DNA from: Chiloscyllium plagiosum
Lineage: Eukaryota
Direction of reading: 5' to 3'
Length of the DNA stretch: 64,000 nucleotides
Assembly: GCF_004010195.1 (NCBI RefSeq)
Contig: NC_057718.1
Coordinates: 14,463,578 to 14,527,577 of the forward strand
The position numbers were made by a program, and so were the translations under genes. The notes beneath the pieces are model-generated. The model ran no database searches. It saw nothing but the letters and a program-made list of their open reading frames with translations, and was not told where the DNA came from. Positions 1-9,670 of this stretch are shown here, piece after piece. How positions within the stretch are numbered: position 1 is the stretch's first letter; the number at the start of each line of letters is the position of its first letter.

Positions 1-280
1 GGCATGGCATTCATCCACAAGCTCCATCAACAAACACATCGACCTGGACCCAATATACCAACCACTACAGCGGACAGCTGAAACTGACAACCGGAAGCGG
101 CAGGGACAGACCACTATAAACACCGGAGGAAACATCAAAGAAGCGCTTCGCAGGAGGCTCCCAAGCACTGATGAGGTCACCTAGACAGGGGACGAAACGT
201 TTGCAACAAAAACTTCCAGCTCGGCGAACAGAACCACAGCAACGAGCACCCGAGCTACAAATCTTCGCATAAACTTTGAA
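1..280 (+). mobile_element. Penelope-like element 3' end (GIY-YIG C-terminus plus pLTR), Penelope/Poseidon-like
   Basis: The frame from nt 2 reads AWHSSTSSINKHIDLDPIYQPL, a typical PLE endonuclease tail, and is followed by a hammerhead motif. Confidence 0.8.
165..204 (+). ncRNA. Minimal type I hammerhead ribozyme (PLE family A)
   Basis: gca-CTGATGA-g-gtcacctagacaggggac-GAAAC-GTT-tgc: intact core, stem I gca/tgc, stem II gtc..gac, palindromic stem III. Confidence 0.75.
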
Positions 281-701
281 CCTGCAAATCTGCAACGATG
301 GACCTGCTTCATCTGCACCGAGTATCCCGAAACACTGGCAACTCTTAAAGGGCAACTCTCCTGCTCCGGGTGCTCTCGTGGTACACTGGTAGTATCCAAA
401 CCTTTGAGACAGGAGGCCGAGCTTCAGGTCCCACCTGTTCCAGAGGTGTGGTATCTAAACGGTAGATTAGAAAAATAGCTCCTTTCAAAGGATAACCCTC
501 AGCTTGTTTGACAAATACTTCCATTCATTTGGGGAATTCCAGTGCCTTGCTCTTGTAATGAAACAAGAAATGGGCAGATTATTCCTGTCAGACACACAAT
601 CTTAATGGGCCATTTACTTGTAAATATATTCAGAGAAATTGGTTGATCACTTACCCAGGAAGAGAATATTTCTTTGAAGTAGAATCCACTGTGTCTGTGC
701 A

Positions 702-3700
702 TCAATGATGGGGACGCAGGAAGTATCCCGCTCAATGGTGGGGTCACAGGAAGTATCCCGCTCAATGGTGGGGACACAGGAAGTATCCCGCTCAATGGTG
801 GGGTCACAGGAAATATCCTGTTCAATGGTGGGGTCACAGGGAGTATCCCGTTCAATGGTGGGGACGCAGGAAGTATCCTGTTCAATGGTGGGGACACAGG
901 AAGTATCCCGCTCAATGGTGGGGACACAGGAAGTATCCCGTTCAATGGTGGGGACACAGGAAGTATCCCGCTCAATGGTGGGGACACAGGAAGTATCCCG
1001 CTCAATGGTGGGGTCACAGGAAGTATCCCGCTCAATGATGGGGATGCAGGAAGTATCCCGCTCAATGGTGGGGTCACAGGAAGTATCCCGCTCAATGGTG
1101 GGGTCACAGGAAGTATCCCGCTCAATGGTGGGGACACAGGAAGTATCCCGCTCAATGATGGGGACGCAGGAAGTATCCCGCTCAATGATGGGGTCACAGG
1201 AAGTATCCTGTTCAATGATGGGGACACAGGAAGTATCCTGTTCAATGGTGGGGTCACAGGAAGTATCCTGTTCAATGATGGGGACACAGGAAGTATCCCG
1301 CTCAATGGTGGGGACGCAGGAAGTATCCTGTTCAATGGTGGGGTCACAGGAAGTATCCCACTCAATGGTGGGGACACAGGAAGTATCCCGCTCAATGGTG
1401 AAGACACAGGAAGTATCCTGTTCAATGGTGGGGACACAGGAAGTATCCCACTCAATGGTGGGGACACAGGAAGTATCCCGCTCAATGATGGGGACACAGG
1501 AAGTATCCCGCTCAATGGTGGGGACACAGGAAGTATCCTGTTCAATGATGGGGACACAGGAAGTATCCTGTTCAATGGGTGGTGAAACAGGAAGTATCCC
1601 GCTCAATGGTGAAGACACAGGAAGTATCCCACTCAATGGTGGGGACACAGGAAGTATCCTGTTCAATGGGTGGTGAAACAGGAAGTATCCCGCTCAATGG
1701 TGAAGACACAGGAAGTATCCTATTCAATGGTGGGGACACAGGAAGTATCCCACTCAATGGTGATGACACAGGAAGTATTCTGTTCAATGATAGGGACACA
1801 GGAAGTATCCTGCTCAATGGTGGTGACACAGCAAGTATCCTGCTCAATGGTGGGGACACAGGAAGTATCCTGTTCAATGGTGGGGACACAGGAAGTATCC
1901 CGCTCAATGGTGGGGAAACAGGAAGTAACCCACTCAATGGTGATGACACAGGAAGTATCCTATTCAATGGTGGGGACACAGGAAGTATCCCACTCAATGG
2001 TGATGACCCAAGAAGTATCCTATTCAATGGTGGGGACACAGGAAGTATCCCGCTCAATGGTGATGACACAGGAAGTATCTCGCTCAATGGTGATGACACA
2101 GGAAGTATCCTATTCAATGGTGGGGACACAGGAAGTATCCCACTCAATAGTGATGATATAGGAAGAATCCTGTTCAATGATGGGTACACAGGATGTATCC
2201 TGCTCAATGATGGGGACACAGGAAGTATCCTGCTCAATGATGGGGACACAGGAAATATCCCACTCAATGGTGATGACACAGGAAGTATCCTATTCAATGG
2301 TGGGGACACAGGAAGTATCCCGCTCAATGGTGGGGACACAGGAAGTATCGTATTCAATGGTGGGGACACAGGAAGTATCCCACTCAATGGTGGGGAAACA
2401 GGAAGTATCCCACTCAATGGTGATGACACAGGAAGTATCCTATTCAATGGTGGGGACACAGGAAGTATCCCACTCAATGGTGATGACCCAAGAAGTATCC
2501 TATTCAATGGTGGGGACACAGGAAGTATCCCGCTCAATGGTGATGACACAGGAAGTATCTCGCTCAATGGTGATGACACAGGAAGTATCCTATTCAATGG
2601 TGGGGACACAGGAAGTATCCCACTCAATAGTGATGATATAGGAAGAATCGTGTTCAATGATGGGTACACAGGAAGTATCCTGCTCAATGATGGGGACACA
2701 GGAAGTATCCTACTCAATGATGGGGACACAGGAAATATCCCACTCAATGGTGGGGACACAGGAAGTATCCCGCTCAATGGTGGGGACACAGGAAGTATCC
2801 TATTCAATGGTGGGGACACAGGAAGTATCCCACTCAATAGTGATGATATAGGAAGAATCCTGTTCAATGATGGGTACACAGGAAGTATCCTGCCCAATGA
2901 TGGGGACACAGGAAGTATCCCGCTCAATGGTGGGGACACAGGAAGTATCCTGCTCAATGATGGGGACACAGGAAGTATTCTGTTCAATGATGGGGACACA
3001 GGAAGTATCCCGCTCAATGGTGATGACACAGGAAGTATCCTGCTCAATGATGGGGACACAGGAAGTATCCTATTCAATGGTGGGGACACAGGAAGTATCC
3101 CACTCATGGTGGTGACACAGGAAGTATCCTGTTCAATGGTGGTGACACAGGAAGTATCCTGTTCAATGGTGGGGACACAGGAAGTATCCTGCTCAATGAT
3201 GGGGACACAGGAAGTATCCTGCTCAATGATGGTGACATAGGAAGTATCCTGCTCAATGGTGGTGACACAGGAAGTATCCTGCTCAATGGTGACACAGGAA
3301 GTATCCTGCTCAATGGTGGGGACACAGGAAGTATTCTGTTCAATGATGGGGACACAGGAAATATCCTGCTCAATGGTGACACAGGAAGTATCCTGCTCAA
3401 TGGTGGGGACACAGGAAGCATCCTGTTCAAAGGTGGTGACACAGGAAGTATCCCACTCAAAGGCGATGACACAGGAAGTATCCCGCTCAATGGTGATGAT
3501 ACACGAAGTATCCTGTTCAATGGTGATGACACAGGAAGTATCCTGTTCAATGGTGATGACACAGGAAGTATCCTGTTCAATGATGGGAACACAGGAAGTA
3601 TCCTGTTCAATAATGGTGACACAGGAAGTATCCCGCTCAATGGTGAAGACACAGGAAGTATCCCGCTCAATGGTGGGGACACAGGAAGTATCCCACTCAA

Positions 3701-4245
3701 TGGTGAAGACACAGGAAGTATCCCGCTCAATGGTGAAGACACAGGAAGTATCCCGCTCAATGGTGGGGACACAGGAAGTATCCTGTTCAATGGTGGGGAC
3801 ACAGGAAGTATCCCACTCAATGGTGAAGACACAGGAAGTATCCTGCTGAATGATGGGGACACAGGAAGTATCCTGCTCAATGGTGATGACACAGGAAGTA
3901 TCCCACTCAATGGTGGGGACACAGGAAGTATTCCACTCAATGGTGATGACACAGGAAATATCCTGCTCCATGGTGGGGACACAAGAAGTATCCTGCTTAA
4001 CGATGGGGACACAGGAAGCATCCTGTTCAATGGTGATGACACAGGAATTATCCCGCTCAATGGTGGGGACACAGGAAGTATCCCGCTCAATGGTGGGGAC
4101 ACAGGAAGTATCCTGCTCAATGGTGGTGACACAGGAAGTATCCCGCTCAGTGGTGATGACACAGGAAGTATACTGCTCAATGGTGGTGACACAGGAAGTA
4201 TTCTGTTCAATCGTGGGGACACAGGAAGTATCCTGTTGAATGGTG
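702..4245. repeat. 30-bp minisatellite, about 118 units (tcaatggtggggacacaggaagtatcccgc)
   Basis: 30-nt periodicity is directly visible, with occasional 27-, 29- and 31-nt units. It explains all long ORFs between 499 and 4402. Confidence 0.98.
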
Positions 4246-4721
4246 TAGTGTTTGATGATGTGAGTCTGTGAACAGAAAAATGCTCACTGTATTTATACAT
4301 CCACAGGAATGTTGCATGTCTGCACTCAATTTTCAAATAAACAATGTATCTCAAGCTATCTCCATGTTCTCCCCATAATCTGACACATTTTCTCTTTACC
4401 AAGTGTAGAGTATATCGATTGGAAATGGTTGATTAGTTGAGCCTCACTGTTGACTCAGAGAATAAACAGAGCTCGAAGCAAGCTGTACACGTGGTATAGA
4501 CAATTTAACTATAAATAAAGCTCCTGCACACTTCGGACTGAATCTTACTTGTGTTGGCTAAGTGCAAGTTGCATCGAGTTGGTTGGAGGATTTTTATTTG
4601 CCACAAGACCGAGCATATTTTCTGGCCATACCTTCCCAATCTCACTTTGTTCCAGCACTACACTCTCCACTCATTTCATTGACCACCTAACCCACAGGCC
4701 CCATGAGGTCCTTCTGCTCTG

Positions 4722-4774
4722 CTTCCTGTACTTTCCCACAGAGGGGGAGGGGCTGATTGGCAGGCAGTTCCTGT
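4722..4774 (-). promoter_or_regulatory. Candidate promoter cluster (ETS, GC-box, CCAAT)
   Basis: CTTCCTG at 4722-4728, GGGGGAGGGG at 4743-4752 and CTGATTGG at 4753-4760 (CCAATCAG on minus) are adjacent in apparently unique DNA. Motif evidence only. Confidence 0.3.
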
Positions 4775-4944
4775 GGCTAAGTCTCATGCTCGTTTTAGAA
4801 CTCTCTCTGCCCTACTGCAGGCTAGTCTCCTCCTGGAGCGAGAGACAGGCAGCCTGGAGGTGGAAGTGACGGGTATGGTGGTTACTGTCGGTGGGGAGGC
4901 GTCCTGACAGGATGAGTAGCAGCAGGGTTAATGCTGTTGAGTAC

Positions 4945-5040
4945 AAACAAAAGACAGCGGGAGAAACTCAGCAGGTTTGACAACATCTGTGCGAAGAAAG
5001 CAAAGTTAACATTTTGGGTCCAGTGACCCTTCTTCAGTCC
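4945..5040 (-). mobile_element. PLE pLTR fragment (family C) with decayed hammerhead
   Basis: Minus strand reads CTGAAGA-agggtcactggaccc-AAAATGTT, i.e. the GAAAC core is mutated. Confidence 0.65.
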
Positions 5041-5503
5041 TGAAAGCAGCTAGGAGATGGGGGTTATTCTGCTCATGGAGGGGGCAGTTGGTAACCCCTT
5101 TATTTGCTTCCCTTTCTTCTCTCTATCTCCCTGGGCACTGTCCTCATCTGTCTATCTCACTCCTCGCTCTGGGAGCCACAATGAGCTGGCTGACACCATC
5201 CTTTTCATCCCCTGAAGTCAGGGTCAGGGAAAACTCTGTCATTTTTTTATTCATTCATGGGATTGAGTGACACTGCTTAGGCCCACAGCCATTGGCCCAT
5301 CTCTAATTGCCCATGAGGCAGTTTAACAATGAACCCCATTGCTGTGGGTCTGGAGTCAGATGGAGACCAGACCAGGCGAGGATGGCAGATAGAGAAAGGC
5401 ATTCATGAAGCAGATGGGTTTTGGTAACAATGGATGGTGTTGCCATTAGAAAAGCTTCCCAATGAATTGAAATTTCACCATCTCACTTGGCAGGATTCAA
5501 ACC

Positions 5504-6267
5504 TGTCACAAAGCTGGTCCCATTGTTTTCTGAAGGCTGATCCTTTTCTCAATGATACTCTGAGAGAAAGTGAGGGCTGCAGATGCTGGAGATCAGAGCT
5601 GAGAATGTGTTGCTGGAAAAGCGCAGCAGGTCAGGCAGCATCCAAGGAACAGGAGAATCGACGTTTCGGGCATAAGCCCTTCTTCAGGATACTGTGTCCT
5701 TGTTGTCTTCAGAGAGGTCATAAACACTCCTGGCTCCAACTAGTCTGGTTTGGTACAGAGTTTAAAGCATATTGAGAGGCCTTTTTGATTATTTGTAAAC
5801 AGATGAAACTTCAGGCTAAAGTCATGCTTTAGAAGTGACCTGTATAATGAAAGGGGCGTGGACAGCTCTCTAGCTGAACTGTTCAGTCCAGAACTAACCA
5901 GGAGTTCAGCAGTGAACTGTGTGGAAACTCTCTCTCTTTCTGCCCTTCTAACTTCAACCTGTAAGCCTCTGTTCCATTTTTTAAAAACTGTGTTTTAAGG
6001 GGTTTGCTTTTATTGGGACTGTTGTCGATATTCGGAACTACGTAATGAAGTCTAGTTTGGAAAGACTGAGTTCTGTAGGGATTCTTTATTCTGTGTTTCA
6101 TTGTGTAATTTTGTGAATAAATTTCTGTCTGTTGTAAAACCTAGTCGACAACCTCCCTGAATTACTCCGGGTAATTTTCACGGTACACTTACCAAAACAA
6201 ATTACAAGGTTCTGGTCTGGGCTGCCTGCTGAAGAACGTTTTGAGTGGTCTGGCCTAGTCCATAACA
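5504..6267 (+). mobile_element. Solo LTR with 4-bp TSD
   Basis: TGTCAC...ATAACA termini, AACC duplicated at 5500-5503 and 6268-6271, internal AATAAA, homologous to 44731-45359. Confidence 0.8.
5563..5687 (-). mobile_element. PLE family B micro-insertion with hammerhead (HHR 5657-5690)
   Basis: Minus strand: atc-CTGAAGA-agggcttatgccc-GAAAC-GTC-gat. TSD-like gatactctg/gatactgtg. Absent from the sister LTR. Confidence 0.8.
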
Positions 6268-7116
6268 AACCCATGTCTGCAGCACATTATCCTGGGACTC
6301 TTGAGATTATCTGTACAGTGCAATTGCCGCTAGGACACTGCCTCTGCCAAGTCAGAATGTGACCTGGGCTGCAGTTGTAATCAGCCCCAGTGCAGGAATG
6401 GCCATCAGAAGAAGCCAGTCAGCTCCACCGGCAACAGAGAGGCTTCAATTCTAATTGACTCTTACTTAGAGACCGGTGGACTGGGGAAGAGATCAGACGG
6501 CTGGTAATGAACAAGGAGGAGTGAATGTGCCTGAACTCTCTCAGCAATGATTCTATTAATACCGTGCTTCAACTTGTACAAGAACAATCACAGATTTGTT
6601 TTAAAACAACAAAAAAGAGACACCGACATGCACACTCTCCCAATCACTGCTGCCTCATTTATCATCAGTGACACGTGCATTGCTGCTGTAACAAGGCATT
6701 GTCAGTGCTGCAGAGTTTTCTCTCTGTGTCGTTCGAAGACCTAACAAATGAGTTTCATTTGCTTTTGTCCAAGTGCATTGAAATCAGTGATGTTGGCAGC
6801 TTCAATTTATACAGGGACCCACAGCTTCCAGCACGTGTCGAATTCATAAAAGATTGTTGGTCTTGATTTGTTAAGATCTGCATCGTGACCCTCTCTCCCT
6901 CACCGAGTCCTCCATTGAAAAAGAGAACAAAGCAGCTATCATCATGGGGATGCGGGGATTATGCGGAATGAATGCATCAGGTTCACACATGTTATAGGGA
7001 TTCTGATTCTCCTCTGCCTGTGAAGGTCTGGGGCTGAGTGAGCTTCACAGGCGGCTGTCCCATCGTGTATCCACACCTATCAATGTTCCTCATATCTGAA
7101 CTGATTCCGTCAGTAG

Positions 7117-7325
7117 TTCATGTGTGGAATGAACTGCCAGAGGAAATGATGGAGGCAGCTACAGTTACAATGTCTAAAAGACGTTTTGGTAAGTGATGAG
7201 GAAAGGTTTGGAGGAATATGGGCCAAATGCAAGCAAGTGGGACTAGTTTAGTTTAGGACCGTGGTCAGCGTGGATTGGTTGGGTTGAAAGGTCTGACTCC
7301 GTGCTGTATAACTCGATGACTCTGT
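7117..7325 (+). mobile_element. CR1/HER1 LINE 3' fragment
   Basis: VWNELPEE-like ORF2 end and a 3' tail shared with many copies in the window. Confidence 0.75.
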
Positions 7326-7404
7326 CAGTGGCTGTTCAAACAAGCTTCGTTGCCAGTTTTCAGGCTCTTCATATCGACCACAAAAATATCGAATGGACCC
7401 ACCA

Positions 7405-7590
7405 AACATTGGTGGCTCAGTGGTTAGCACTGCTGCCTCACAGTGCCACGGTCCTGGGTTCGATTCCAGCCTCGGGTGACTGTCTGTGTGGAGTTTGCAC
7501 ATTCTCCCCATGTTGCATGAGTTTCCTCCCACAATCCAAAGATGTGCAGGTTAGATGGATTGGTCATGATAAATTGCCGATAGTGTTCAG
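7405..7590 (+). mobile_element. HE1-type (V-)SINE, 3' truncated
   Basis: tRNA-like A box tggctcagtggttagc, B box ggttcgattcc, core gtggagtttgcacattctccc. Confidence 0.85.
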
Positions 7591-7619
7591 GGAACCACAG
7601 AAATTCATTAAGATTCTTT

Positions 7620-7930
7620 AGACAGCAGCTTCCAGACCCACAATCACTACCATCTGGAAGGACAAGGGTAGCAGATACCTGGGAACACTACTATCTGCAA
7701 GTTCCCCTCCAAGTCACTCTCCATCCTGACTTGGAACTATATCGCTGCTCCTTTGCTGTCATTAGTTTGGAGTCCTGGAGTTCCCTCCCTAATGGCATTG
7801 TGGGTCAACCTACAGCACATGGACTGCAGCAGTTCAACAGGCAGCTCCCCACCACCTTCTCAAGAGCCACTAGGGACATGCAATAAACGCTGGCCCAGCC
7901 AGTGGCGCCCAAGTCCCATGAGTGAATAAT
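7620..7930 (+). mobile_element. LINE 3' fragment (CR1/L2 clade)
   Basis: Inverted homologue at 19440-19740. Ends in a caataaacgctggcccagcc tail. Confidence 0.6.
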
Positions 7931-8244
7931 GGGAAAGACAAGAGAATGTTAACATCAAGATGTTGGCTAACTGGGAGGGAATGATGGTCTGTGGGAATGT
8001 TGGTGAATGGGACTTGTGTGTTAATACATGGGGCAGCAGAATTTTGTGGAACTCCAAGTTTACAGGGTGTAACGTATACGGGAGATCTACAAGCTGATTA
8101 TTCACTAGGCAAAGTGTTGGCTCTGCTGGCTACTGTGTCTGCTGAATTATCCACCTTCATTATTAGGACAGGGCTGTGAACATTTCTCCATTCATATGAT
8201 TGTTTTCCAAACTAGTTATTGCAACTTGGTTTTCTTGAATGAGG

Positions 8245-8562
8245 GGGGACAGCACGGTGCTAACCACTGAGTCTCACAGTGCCAGGGACCCAGGTTCAAT
8301 TCCAGCTCTCGGGTGACTGTCTGTGTGGAGCTTGCACATCCTCCCTGTGTCTGCGTGGGTTTCCTTCGGGTGCTCCGGTTTCCTCCCGCTGTCCAAAGAT
8401 GTGCAGGTTAGGCAGATAGGCCTTGAGAAATTGCCTATAGTATTAGGTGCATTAGTCAGAAGGAAATGGGTCTGGGCGGGTTACTCTTCGGAGGGTCAGT
8501 GTGGATTTGTTGGGCCGAAGGGCCTGTTTCCACACTGTAGGGGAATCTCATTTAATCTAATC
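8245..8562 (+). mobile_element. HE1-type SINE
   Basis: B box, core, HER1-like tail ttgggccgaagggcctgtttcc and (aatct)n end. Confidence 0.85.
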
Positions 8563-9670
8563 TGACAGTCCCTATGTGTGAATGAGAGAGAGAGAGATGA
8601 GCTAGGGGTAGCTCTTGGAACACGATACACAGGGAGGACAATCAGCTTTGGGCTTAATTAGTGAGGAATTCCCTCCCACCACCTTGGAACCGATTTCAGT
8701 AAATAACCTTTTTGCAGCCTCTGAGCAGTTTGTTCTTTATGGGACAGGCATCACCAATAGCATTGCTGTTGTCTTTGAAATAATTGATAATGGGGCAATA
8801 AAGAGATCTTTCATGAACATAAACTGTGGGCTTATGGGCCTAGATTTGCAGTTTCTCAAGGCTTAGCAGTCATTATGATATCTAATAGAATCCCATAGTT
8901 AAGTCAACATCTATGTGACCTTTTTTCAATCTCGTCAGATAGTCTCATGAATTTAAAGGTTACAGCTAATTGAATTATCTATTTTATCCAACATGTGGTC
9001 TGTCTCAGCCACATCCACTGGCTGTTTCAAATTGTTTCTGTATTACTCTTTTGCCTGAGTCCAAACTGGAAGATTGTCTGCTAGGGGCAATGTCTTGGTG
9101 ATGGAGAGGTCAAATAACAGATGTGCAAACCTTGAAATAAATACAGAAAATGCAAAATTAAATACACACGCTGGCTTGGCCAAAGGGCAGGAAAAGAAAA
9201 ACCCAAAACCAAATTTTGGGGACAAAGTCCTGCCCCTAAGGAAAATGTACTAACTTGATTTTGGTTCATACTTTAGACCTGCTGCCTACTCTATTGAAGG
9301 ATCCTCCTGCCTCTTTAAGAAATATTAAAATATCCCTCTGCCTTGCTGTGAAGCTTGCTCTCCTTCACCTTATTAGTTCAATAATTTTGGATCATAACCT
9401 CTGCCCCCATTTTGTTTTGTGTCCTTTTTTGCTGCTTTCTTTCTTTCCCTCATTTCTTCACATCGCCTTCCCTTCTTAAATTTGTATTCAGAAGGTGATT
9501 CACCTGCCATTTACATCGTTGAATTATTGAATAGATTGGAGGCCAGACAGGCAGTGTACTGTTAATATAGTTAGAATAACATCTAACTGCTAGAACACTG
9601 AACATAGAACACTACGGCACAGGAATAGGCCTTTCGGCCCACCACATCTGTGCTGACCATAGTGTCATTC

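Larger units (their letters stand above)
5230..6345 (-). mobile_element. tRNA-derived SINE split by an LTR insertion
   Basis: ggcaggattcaaacc|catgtctgcagcacattatcc rejoins across the LTR and resembles the SINEs at 22400, 27760 and 59540. Confidence 0.6.

Noticed and set aside
702..4245. CRISPR-like array
   Set aside because: Head-to-tail units with no unique spacers, no cas genes, and a vertebrate context. The same applies to the 79-bp and 35-bp arrays.
499..4402. Long ORFs (up to 799 aa) as confident protein-coding genes
   Set aside because: They arise in several frames on both strands from a stop-poor 30-bp unit, contain frameshifting units, and resemble no protein I recognise. Kept only as a hypothesis in findings.
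7405..7480. tRNA genes (also at the other SINE heads)
   Set aside because: The A/B boxes run into SINE core and tail sequence, and there is no complete cloverleaf.
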